A stretch of DNA of 63,806 nucleotides, the filler included, from Collodictyon triciliatum (taxonomy: Eukaryota), in NCBI GenBank assembly GCA_043381765.1. It is 5 parts of 5 records of this genome, joined end to end, with 100 filler letters (N's around TTAATTAATTAA, not from the genome) between each part and the next. Parts side by side here need not be neighbours in the genome. Positions count along the whole stretch, not along the records: positions 27,727 to 43,134 come from JBHJMP010001679.1; positions 43,235 to 58,619 come from JBHJMP010001680.1; positions 58,720 to 63,806 come from JBHJMP010001731.1; 2 more parts are not named here. One strand, given 5' to 3'. The notes below the pieces were generated by a model that worked only from the letters and a program-made list of their open reading frames with translations, was not told the DNA's origin and searched no databases. Below, piece after piece: positions 39,423 to 61,843 of the stretch. Within the stretch, counting starts at the first letter, position 1; the number at the start of each line of letters is the position of its first letter. The position numbers and the translations under genes were made by a program.

Positions 39423-41568
39423 GTTGTTCTTTGGGTGGTGGAAAAGACCTGATCGTGGGTGGGAAGGGATTTGTGAGAAATCTGATTTGTGGCACCCCAG
39501 CACAATTCAAAAGGCACAGGTTATTCAGATCGGTGAGGATTCCCAGGATGTATCATGGGCGTTGCTTCAAGGAACTGGGCAGTCCGGATGAACGGCGATT
39601 TTATGGGTTGGCAACGATACCCTGGCAAGCGCGCTCTGCTGTGGTAATCGAGGCTTCCCTCGGTTGGTTTTACGAAGACACGAGGAGGAACGAGTATCCA
39701 AACAGTGGATTATACCGATGGATTTCTTCGAGAGGGGGAGGAGGGAAAGGAGAGCTTCAGAATGTGGCGGCACTAACCTGCTCTGGGTCGTTGGTGTCGT
39801 GTCCGTAGAAAACAGGAAAGAGAGCCGTGGGTTTGTACAATGGGTATCGTGCGCATCCCCCTTATTCCTTCACAAGTCGCTCAAAGGATTAATCGAGAGC
39901 TGTGGCCATCTTAATTCCACATTAGGTTAATTCATAATGATTTGAACTTATCGCTCTAAACATTGTCTAAATATATTCTAATTGAATCTAGATGATATCT
40001 ATTTTTGTGATTTTTCTATTGAAAATTTAAGTCTTCCATACCATAGTCAACCATTTTTCTTTGAATTGTACAATCATGTAATTAAAGGAGTTTGAACTTT
40101 CAAAACAAACATGCGCATAAAAGTAATGAGAAGACATTGTACTTAACTAATTACGTAAATTTTTCAATATTAAATAAATTGTCATACAATATTAGTTATA
40201 TTGAATATAGATGAGTAATGAGATGAGAGAATACTATTATAATATATTTTCCACATACAGACATAAACAATTTAATCGAACGAGATAAAATGGTTTGTTG
40301 TGCCCAATGAGCGTCTTCCAAATGTGGCGTTCCTAAAGTAGAGAATCTACAACGGTTTATGACATCACGATTCCAAAAGTGCATACCTTCATCTTTTCTG
40401 GAAATTACCCATATTGCCATTTCTTAATGTGGTTAATCTAAATGAGATCTTCTCCATGTAAAACGACAGTTTTAGATAAAGTTTCACAACATGGACATAT
40501 GTGGACAGATTCAGCCACAGCCGTCCTCAAATATAGAATTGCATCTCGTTTCAATCGCATGATAAACTTGTTTGATTCTGGAGCGAAAACAATGTGTCCA
40601 CCACGATTCAAAAGAGATTATGCAATAGGAAAAGAAAAGAAAAGAAAAGAAAAGAAACGAAAAAGAGATTTAGAACCATCGAACGAACGAATGGATCAAT
40701 GAAAGTTTTCCTGCTCAAATACCCCCGGAATCATCCTTTTTTTTTTCTCTGTTCCTCTCCCCTCCAAACCAAACGCACCGTAACTCGGCCGAAATTCACC
40801 CAAACCACCCAACGAAAACAAAACCCGAGCAACAAAGAACAAAACAACAACAAGCGACAAAGACCAAACAACTGCAAGCACACCCACAAATCGCTTTGCT
40901 TTGTCTTCACGCTCCACCACCACCACCGTCGCCCATCGATGCTGGTGCGTCCAATCCGCCCATCTCCTCGAATCACCACGGCACAATGCGAATGTTCAAA
41001 CACATCCCACAAAAATCGTCAACCAAATAATAATCGCTCCGATAAGACAAAAAGAATGTGGTTGGAGCCCCACTTTGCGCATTAAACCCCCACTCAAAAA
41101 CCAACCACAAACCGGGTTTCCACGCAGCAGAAAAAACAACAACATATCGACCCAATCCAACCATTATTTCTTTTGGGACGACATGCGCGCTCTTTTTGAA
41201 CCTCGGACAGTTATAGAAAACCTTGCGCAGGGCAGTACATAACTGAGGATTTCCCCTCATTATTCCCCAATCATACCCAACTTCGTCTTCTGCTTTTCCC
41301 TTCCACTGCTCAACGAGAGGGACTCTAACAAAACAAAAAGAAATGACGAGAAAAAGAACGAGGGTGAAAGCATCGGACAAGGGCAAAGCTGCAGAACGAT
41401 AATTCGCTCAAAAGCTAAAACCAAAGCCAAAAAAAAAAAAAAAGCCCATACTTACAGAAAATAAACCACCTTATTCATTAACCATTTTATTTCTTTTGCA
41501 AAGGACCACGCGGACTCAATCAAGAAGTAAGAGAAGCGGGAGCAGGCCGAGGGACGAAAAAGAGAACA

Positions 41569-42186
41569 ATGGCTTCACAAATCGGCACGCTTTCTCGCTG
41601 GATGGATCCGCGAACCGGACTGATTACTCTTCCCTTGCCAGTCAGGATGGCGCCGCCAGAGGGAAAAGTCGCCGAGTTGCCACAAGACCTCATTGCCATT
41701 CCAACTGCAGCGGGATTACTCGCTACACTGCCACAAACAACCCCACCGACTCTAGCGACTCCGTCTCCGTCGCCTTTGCGGTCGCCAGCATCCGGACAAG
41801 TCGCCGATGGACTAGTCGCCGAGAATATTCCGCCCCTGCGGAGCGAGAAGCAGGTCAATTCGTTCATCGCCTTCTCCATGTGCCAACGGCCGGTCATCCA
41901 CCGCGGCAACCCGTTCATCACAAACATCGAAATCTCCAAAGTCCTTGGCGACTTGTGGCGCAATCTCGAGCCCCAAGAGCGCATGCTTTACCAGCGCATG
42001 GCCTTTGAGCACAACCGCAGACTTCGCGCTCGTCGCTCCGTGGGAGAAAAGTCGCTCCCGACAAAGAGAAAAGTCGCCCCTGGGGAAGCCGACGTGGAGA
42101 TGGGTGCCCCTCTCGCTCGGTATTCTCTCTCTCCAGAGACGCCCTCTCCTCCAAACATCCAGTCTCTGGCAAAGCGCCCATGCTAG
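41569..42186 (+). CDS. Intronless single-HMG-box transcription factor (sequence-specific SOX/TCF/MATA type)
   Basis: VNSFIAFSMCQRPVIHRGNPFITNIEISKVLGDLWRNLEPQERMLYQRMA matches the N-x-F-I/M...NP...N.EISK.LG..W..L...E...Y pattern. The flanks are Pro/Ser-rich. Confidence 0.85.
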   Translation: MASQIGTLSRWMDPRTGLITLPLPVRMAPPEGKVAELPQDLIAIPTAAGLLATLPQTTPPTLATPSPSPLRSPASGQVADGLVAENIPPLRSEKQVNSFIAFSMCQRPVIHRGNPFITNIEISKVLGDLWRNLEPQERMLYQRMAFEHNRRLRARRSVGEKSLPTKRKVAPGEADVEMGAPLARYSLSPETPSPPNIQSLAKRPC

Positions 42187-43020
42187 CCCGACCAGTGTGT
42201 TTGTGTTGCTGCATCTCACATGTGTATATTACCTCATATACTCTCGATAGGCCACTTTTCCGCTAACTTTTCCGCTTACTTCTCCGCTTGGCTTTCCTAA
42301 CCGCTCTCATCATCCTGGATACCATCATATCTTTCCCCTGGAGCTGCACTTTCCCCTTGCTTGTTCGCCCTTTCCATCGGCTACTCCGCTTCTTCTATCA
42401 CTCTATCTTATCTCATTTGCGAGGACGCTGCGCTTTCACACACTTCAATAACTGATGGAATAAATAACCACCCTGAAAGAATAAAAATCCGATAGCAGGA
42501 ACGTCTTTTACCAAGTAGGTTACACACCATTCATCTAAGCCCATCGCATCAACCATCGAGTCTCTATCAGCTGGCAATCTGGTCAATACGCTTCATTTTT
42601 TTCGTCCTGTCCCTTGCATCCCACCTTTGACCGCGCTTGCTTTGTCTGTTGTGGCATTCAGGAAGACAAGGCGCCAAATATATCGAATTCATGATATAGA
42701 CTAGTGCTATTAACATAATTGTTATATAAAATTACATTAATAGAAGATAATAATCTATTAAGTATGGCAGAAATGTCTTGATTTATAATTTCCACATATA
42801 TATTAAATTTTTGAATGTTTTGTGCTCATTCGGAGATTAGATAATTGTGGATGTCCATTGAACAACTTCGCGCCTCACCCGCGCACCGCCCGAGGTTGTT
42901 TTATGGCACCGCTTTTTGTTTGGCAGCAGGCACGAGCCGGAGGAGGCCTTATGATCCTGAGACGATCAACACTTGCCGGCGGTGCGGTGTTGCGCTGTAC
43001 TCTTGCAACTGTTTCAGGAC

Positions 43021-43134
43021 AATAACAATAAGAATAACAATAAGAATAACAATAAGAATAACAATAAGAATAACAATAAGAATAACAATAAGAATAACAA
43101 TAAGAATAACAATAAGAATAACAATAAGAATAAC
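43021..43134 (+). repeat. (AATAACAATAAG)n 12-mer array running into a gap
   Basis: Directly visible. Confidence 0.95.
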
Positions 43135-43234
43135 NNNNNNNNNNNNNNNNNNNNNNNNNNNNNNNNNNNNNNNNNNNNTTAATTAATTAANNNNNNNNNN
43201 NNNNNNNNNNNNNNNNNNNNNNNNNNNNNNNNNN

Positions 43235-43322
<88 letters not shown>

Positions 43323-43406
43323 AAAAAACAAACAAAAAACAAAAAAAAAAACAAAAAACAAAAATAAGAAGCACAATAAAACACCCAACTAAATAAAATC
43401 AGATAA

Positions 43407-50100
<6,694 letters not shown>

Positions 50101-50169
50101 GTAGCCAGCTTTTATTTTTACTTTCTGAAACGAATTGCCATACATGCTAATTAATATATCTTTTTTTTC

Positions 50170-50589
50170 TACCATAACACAATCCTGAGCCCGAATTGAC
50201 ATTGAACACATCTCGATGTCGAAATATTCAATGCGGTGAACGCTGCAAAAGTAGTTAATCTATGAATTAATTGAAAAATAGTCTGATTTGCCTCCAACAC
50301 CCGGAGACGCAACATCCCAACCAACTGAGCAAACTCTTTATGAGCACAAACGAAAGATAGCCCAGTTGACCCAAGCATGCCAGGAACTCCGCCATCTGCT
50401 TGTAGTCCGTGCTCCTAGGTAGCGTGAGCACGACCCCGCATCAGCACATGTTGTATATAAACCCAGCAAGAAGTCTTTCGAGAAAATTAGCAGAAAATCT
50501 AGATATCTTATAAGTAGTAGGCGATACTTGTGTTATTTGCTCGTTTGCATGGTGTCTTCGGCAAGTAGTTCAGTGTTGCTTCATGGACC

Positions 50590-50665
<76 letters not shown>

Positions 50666-50687
50666 AATCAATCTATCAATCAATAAT

Positions 50688-50730
<43 letters not shown>

Positions 50731-50896
50731 TTCGAATGAAGGGACAGGATTTCTGTTATATACATATATTATTTTCATTGAACAATAATAGAATTCCAGT
50801 TCCAAGAGGCGTTTGGTGTTATTGGTGCCAACAATCAAATTTCGCACACTTTTTCCAATCCTTTAATTTCTTTTTTCTTTTCTATACTTTTATGCA

Positions 50897-50928
<32 letters not shown>

Positions 50929-51068
50929 CAATAATAACAACCAGACGAAGCTATACACCCCACCTTTTACAGGACCTTTTCTTTAAGTCCTTCTACCGCG
51001 CGTCTCATTGAAGCACTTTCCTGTCGCTACTCGATTCTTTCTATCACTCCCTTCCAACTAGTTTCCAT
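50170..51068 (-). CDS. Possible small multi-exon gene, weakly L7Ae/Rpp38-like
   Basis: Segment IGKSVRNLIVGTNNTKRLLELE (~50795-50860) resembles the L7Ae 'L..G.N...+.L' motif. I could not close the exon chain. Confidence 0.25.
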
Positions 51069-51319
51069 TTTAAATTAGTCATTAATATATATTATTGTTC
51101 TCGTTTATTATTACAACAACAATTTGTTTTTTGTTTTTATTCCTGTGATTAAAGTTGGTATTTTACATATGATCAACAGTCGTGGTAAAAACCGGCTTAT
51201 GAAAGCCTCAGTGATCGAAGACCTTTAGAAAAATAAAATAATATATGAAGCCTTGCTTCAGTTAATTTATTCTCCCTATTGCCTAAGCATTTTACTCTCT
51301 TCTTAAGTTTGAAGACACA

Positions 51320-56035
<4,716 letters not shown>

Positions 56036-56235
56036 AAGACAATAGTCGATTATCATGAGAATACGCACAAAATTATGCGAGCGAGAATTCATTTAATAAT
56101 GATAATACATATGATATCAACAATATCTGATACTATTCAAACCCGATTATATATGGTCGATTGATCAAACAGAGCGGGGAAAATTCCGGTTTATTCCAGT
56201 GCAAATACTTTAATGCCTATGCGATATCTTTTTCA

Positions 56236-58797
56236 TTATTTTTTTTCTGATTCAGATTCAACTTTACGACTTTCCAAAAGTTCCACGTTTTGCGGCTCCT
56301 GTCTCCTGTAGTTACAAATAATGATTTCGGGTGGGCGCAGAATGTATAACGATGGAAATAAATATCGTAATTCGAAGAAACGGTAGATATATGTACATAA
56401 CGATGTAATGCAATGTATGAATACCATTTGAGAAGGGCGTTTTGAATTTTGAAGAAATCCCAGTCGTCCTTGTGGAGGCAGTCCTTTTTCTCATATGGTC
56501 CCTGAGGGTAATATTATTATACTATTGTCTTTGTACAACCCGACAGCAGAAGTATAAGAACGGCTTAATGGCCTAAAATGGTTGATTCTGTTCTTTTCTG
56601 TTCTTTTCTGTTCTTTTCTGTTCTTTTCTGTTCTTTTCTTTTCTTTATTCGATTCAAAGGCTTTTTTTCTTCATAATAGAGTATAGCGGGTTTAAAACAA
56701 AGCCATTGGCTTTTGATGTGATTACCTGACGAACTCGAGCAAGCTCTGTCATGTGCGCTGCAGAGTTCACCTATTTTATGATATTATTTTTATTGTTTGG
56801 TTTGGTCTGGTTTGCTTTTCAATTGGATTAGGGTTCTTCTTTCCTTAATCCAGTTCATATAAACTTATTAAATTACAGAATTCTCAACGCACAAGGGAAG
56901 GAATGAGGATAATTATATGCATGATTTATGTTGCTAGTGCATTAGTCTCTGTAAAGCTATTGGATATAGTTTTGACACCCGAGTTTAGATTGGTAATACC
57001 TTTTTCCCGATATCATGAATTATGGTTCTGATGTATGTCCCTCCTCCGCATTCAATATCTTATAATAGGTATATTGTATGAATAAAGATTTAGAGTGTGA
57101 CCAAAAAAATATGTTTTTTTTTCTCTAATACCGCTCAAAATGTCATTAAAAAAATCTAGAAAAATGCACTCTTGCTATAATTAGCACAAATCTGTATGAA
57201 TATTTTTTTGAAGAAAAAAAAAACCGATTTTAAAATGGGGTGGGTCGAAAGCCAGAAGAGCAGCCTCTTTTACGACAATTTCACGAGGCTGTAAATCGGG
57301 GATCTGGCCTTTGCGGGCAAGTTCATAGGACCGCTTACCAGCCACCTTCAGAGCAGAGAATCTATTTCATCGTTGTTGTTTTTTTTTTTTTTAATAAATA
57401 CTCTTGTCGTGATATTCAGGATTTTTTTCCCCCTTTATTCGATACAAAGGTGAACACCATGGTTTATAATTTCTAGAACCTTTATTTTCAACCAGACTCT
57501 ACATAAACAGGGGTAGTCGATGTAGTAATAAAAATAAATAGATAGTGTGTAAGAGAGAATACAATTATCGTATAATTTTACTGGTGCTAATAAAATGATT
57601 ACATCGGAGGCTTTTGCTTTGTCACTCCAATTATGCTGTTGAGTGCCTCTTTGATAGCCTCTGCTGTCACATGGTCATACGGAGCCTTAGACAATGTCTT
57701 TCCAAGGCAGTCCTGAGAGTCGGTCTCAACTCCCAGCTTCCCAACAGCGCGATAGGCCTACCAAAAAAAAAAAATTAAAAAGGGGCGAGAGGGAAAATAA
57801 GGGTATAGTAAAACGGCAGTTTCATGGTGCATAAATGTAATGCGATGTAATGATAACCAAATATCATAGGAAAAGTTCAACTATGTGAGTGGGCTGTAGA
57901 AATATAATACCAATCTATTCACGAGTATATTTTATTTGATTTCTTTTTTTCTTTCTGTTTTGTTAGTTAACCTTGCCGCCCTTTTGGAACCCACCCATGA
58001 CTTTGCAGCCATTTCCAACTCCAATTACTGATAAGCAACATTAAATCAGTTCAATTCGCCTCATGTGCAGTATTATTGTTATTATTCATGGCTAATACTT
58101 ATTGGTTGACTAATTGTTTTATGATTTATTTCTTCCTTTCTGTAGTCTTAGGTCGCTATTCATTATTGATTATTAATTTTCATCATTCATCATTCATCAT
58201 CGGTGTGATTATACTCATCACCCACAGTTATAAGTATGTTTATAAAATACCTAAAACACCCTCTGCCATTGGGTCGAGTGTCCCACCGTGCCCAACTCTC
58301 AACCTAGTATCGATCATCAAACGCCCCAATTGTGTTTCTAACACTCGACGGATTTTCTAGTCGTGAGAAATATATAACTGTTGTTACACATAGTGGTTCG
58401 TGGTTGAGATATACCCAGAAGGAGCACTCTTTCATAGATATATGAGGTTTTTTTCTTTTTGTGTTTTTTCTTCTTATTCATCGTTATTGGTTTTTTATTG
58501 GTTTTTTTATTGGTTTTTTTATTGGTTTTTTTTTATTGGTTTTTTTTTATTGGTTTTTTTATTGGTTTTTTTTATTGGTTTTTTTTTATTGGTTTTTTTT
58601 TATTGGTTTTTTTTTATTGNNNNNNNNNNNNNNNNNNNNNNNNNNNNNNNNNNNNNNNNNNNNTTAATTAATTAANNNNNNNNNNNNNNNNNNNNNNNNN
58701 NNNNNNNNNNNNNNNNNNNTTTTCTTTTTCTTTTTTTTTTTCTTTTTTCTTTTTTCTTTTTTCCGTTGAGATTGGCTACTCTCGGCTTCTTTTCCAT
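56236..58797 (-). CDS. TRUB1: TruB-family tRNA pseudouridine-55 synthase (TRUB1/Pus4-like); one exon probably lies in the N-gap
   Basis: RVGHGGTLDPMAEGVL|VIGVG, LGVETDSQD, QKPPIFSALKVAGKRSYELARKG, IECGGGTYIRTIIHDIG and AHMTELARVRQG, all spliced in phase. Confidence 0.92.
56586..56659 (-). mobile_element. Ultra-short retroposon-like element, copy G, tail expanded into (GAAAAGAACA)n
   Basis: CTTTATTCGATTCAAAG at 56643-56659, directly abutting a (TTCTTTTCTG)n array. Confidence 0.6.
57422..57449 (-). mobile_element. Ultra-short retroposon-like element, copy H (diverged)
   Basis: T7-C5-TTTATTCGATACAAAG (1 mismatch in the core), in a TruB intron. Confidence 0.6.
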
Positions 58798-58897
58798 CTT
58801 GTTTGACCTTTCAAAGTGGACCAATATGTCGGAATCTTTTATCAAGTGATTTTTTCATGCACTTTAAATCCAATTCAATCGATATTCAAACAAATTA

Positions 58898-59747
58898 TGA
58901 AGGGAGCTGTCTGTTCATGTGGAAAAATATGCAGAAGAGACCCATAAACGGGTAGGTTACGCATGATGTTGATATGCTAATAAAAGGTATCTGAATAATC
59001 TAATGTCCTGCCTCATTTGCTAAAGTGGTTGTTTCATACAATCTTTGTAGATTGATTATCAAAACAAGCTTCAAAGCATCACATTTCAACTTTACCAGGA
59101 GATTGACTATCTTCGTTTGTATGGAAACGAATCTCTGATTTATCAAGGTTGTAGTGCCTGTCTGATATTATTTTGTGGTGACAAAGTGAAACGACAATAG
59201 TATCTCTCCCTGTATGTCCCTTTCTCTTTTCTCTCGTTTGGTTTATTACATTATATTAACAAAGTACTTTTACAAATGTTTTTTCCCCGTAAATTGTTTT
59301 GCTTTTGAACAGAAGATACCTGATTATTTTCCAAGATGCGTTCAGTATTTTGATCTTTTAAAAATAGGACAACCCTACGAGGTCAAGATGAGTCAGGATT
59401 ATGCGGAAATGAATCTGTGGGCTCATAAGGATCCAGTCTTGTCTACAGATGCAAACATCTCCACATTTTCGTCCAAGCTTTCATGGATTGACCATTTTCA
59501 GAAAGTTCGCAAAGCAACTGAAGCCGGAGTCAGCAACACCATAGCCAACTCGCTAACCGATATGGCCAAGGGGCTGGAAGGCGCCCTGACCATGTATTCA
59601 TTTGAATTCACCCAAAAGCACAGTCCTGATTGGATGGCTCGTTGTTTGTCATATTCGGGCACTCTGTTAGATATGCACTTTTATTTTTGCATTAATATCG
59701 GCTGGAATAAAGGCGAGCGCACAAGAAAAGTGCATTCGTCTATATAA
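58898..59747 (+). CDS. Hypothetical multi-exon protein, head-to-head with the TruB gene; may extend toward ~60330
   Basis: MKELSVHVEKYAEETHKR|IDYQNKLQ...|IPDYFPRCVQYF... open exons with GT-AG boundaries. No family recognised. Confidence 0.45.
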
Positions 59748-60433
59748 TCTCTTTAACATTTTTTTTTGTTGTTGTTGTCCATCTTCCCTCCTGTATTGAC
59801 CTTGCAAGGCGCGTGTGATTCCGCCTCCAGTGCGCCCAATTTTAATAGCACATGACGTAGTTACAAACCAAAGCTTCATCCCGACCGCAACCACAACATC
59901 TTGCGAGGGACAGGCTCATCAGCAGCTCTGAAGCTCGCCATGGCGAAAAAAAGCAAAAGGCAACAACACACCCCCTCCTCTTGCTTACTTTCATCTGTCT
60001 TTCGTTTCCAAAAAAAAAAAGGCTTTGGAATATATTCGTAAACATCATAGTGCAATCAACTCAAACCCCTCCATCATGCCCGGCTCGTCTTTCTCTATGT
60101 CTCCTGGGCTTGGGCCGTGGTGCCGGATGACCGGAAAGTATCTCACGAGCTCTTTTCCATCACTCGCACACCCACACGCAGCCTCCGCACGTCGCTCCTG
60201 GCCATGAAAAGCCGAGCACCGTCGCCCACAAGCACGGAGGAGAGCAGCACAGACGCGGCCGCACGAGAAGAGACCCACGCAAAGCCCGCCGCCCACACCG
60301 CCCCAAAACGCCGGGCGCCCCGCAAAGCCTGAGTCCTGAGCCCAGGCGCGCTGCACATAGCCTTACCGGCCAGTAATAAGAATGACGGTATAAAAAGCGG
60401 CAGCCACAAAGCAGCAACCACAAAGCAGCAACG

Positions 60434-61575
60434 ATGGAAGCGATCTACGAAGACGACGACAGCGACATAGGCGCAGACATCGCACTCGCCTGCGGGGAGG
60501 ATCCGCGCACGGCCGATCCCTTCGGGCAGCTGTGGACGGAAGAGTGGGCGGCCGACATAGGCGCAGAGGCCAGGCAGGCGACGAGTCTGGCGCCGTTCCG
60601 AGTCTGCCGCGTGGCCACGGCGCGGGCTGCCCTGCGCTTCGGAGAATGCACTGCGGCCGACGTGGTTGCGGATGTGGGGTGCGGTGACGGGCGGGTCTTG
60701 TCCTTGGCCGTGGGCGATCCGCAGTTTGGGGCGCGCTCGGCCGTGGGCGTGGAGTTGGACGAGCGGGTCTGCTGTTTGGCAAGGGCTCGGCAGGCAAGGG
60801 CTTTTCCGCACGCCGCCCATCCGCCGTGGCTGCTGCTCTGTGCCGACGGCCGTGTGGTCGACTGGTCCGAGTGGACGCTGCTGGTCCTCTTTCTTCTGCC
60901 CGAGGGCTTGGCCGTGCTTGCGTGAGGCTTTGGTTAACATCTGATGTGATGTGATGTGATGTGGTGTGCTGTGATGTGACGTGATGTGACGTGATGTGAT
61001 GTGATGTGATGTGATGCTAAGTGATGTGATGTGATGTTATGTGATGTGATGTGGTGTGGTGTTAAGTGATGTGATGTGATGTTATGTTATGTGATGTGAT
61101 GTGATGTGATGTGGTGTGCTGTGATGTGATGTGATGTGATGTGATGTGATGTGGTGTGCTGTGATGTGACGTGATGTGATGTGATGCTAAGTGATGTGAT
61201 GTGATGTGATGCTAAGTGATGTGATGTTATGTGATGTGATGTGATGCTAAGTGATGTGATGTGATGTGATGTGATGTGATGTGATGTGATGTGATGTGAT
61301 GTGATGTTAAGTGATGTGGTGTGGTGTTAAGTGATGTGATGTGATGTTATGTTATGTGATGTGATGTGATGTTAAGTGATGTGGTGTGGTGTTAAGTGAT
61401 GTGATGTGATGTGATGTGATGTAGCGAGAAAGTCACAAGCTGGCTGCGAGGCGGAAGCCACCGGCGATGCGTCTGCATCCACTTCCCCATCGAGTCTCTG
61501 CGTCCCGTCCGCGTGGACTCTTCCGCTGCGCTCTTCCTGTACACCCGCGAATCCGCCGAAGCATCACCGCACTGA
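60434..61575 (+). CDS. Class I SAM-dependent methyltransferase (FAM173/ATPSCKMT-like); exon 1 60434-60921, exon 2 61425-61575
   Basis: SLAPF...DVVADVGCGDGRVL...AVGVELD...LVLFLLPEGL|AEKV...RCVCIHFPI. Splicing GT(60922)..AG(61424) restores the frame and the expected C-terminal strands. Confidence 0.85.
60942..61422 (+). repeat. (GTGAT)n satellite with GCTAA/GTTAA/GTGGT variants, filling the methyltransferase intron
   Basis: Directly visible 5-mer array of about 480 bp. Confidence 0.95.
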
Positions 61576-61843
61576 ACGCCGCGCGAATCCACCCTTTCTA
61601 TCGGAGCGCCTCCTTCGAACCACCCTCTTTTGCCACAAGTCGCATATTCCGTTTATAAATCAATTAAAAAGAAAATAATTTAAAAGCCGATGAAAAAGAT
61701 GTAAAAAAAAAAAATGTAAAAAAAGAAAAAAGTTGGGGGCAGTGCACACTCTGGTTTGGCTCCTTCTCCCTCACGACCCACACAATCCCTGCCGAATCCA
61801 CCCGGCGATCACGCAAGCAGCCGACAAACCCACGCGCTCCGCA

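Noticed and set aside
38047-39808. Overlapping and antisense ORFs (238, 213 and 264 aa) on RPL3, and likewise on the HMG and methyltransferase genes
   Set aside because: These are shadow ORFs expected from GC-rich biased codons. The 474-aa RPL3 ORF reads through the intron from a false start.
40831-40839. AACAAAGAA (Ste11 TR-box-like) upstream of the HMG gene
   Set aside because: A single short A-rich match is expected by chance at this base composition.
58720-58765. Apparent non-GT donor after TruB exon 1 (AACG|GAAAAAAG)
   Set aside because: It sits in low-complexity contig-edge sequence next to a gap and is probably unreliable.
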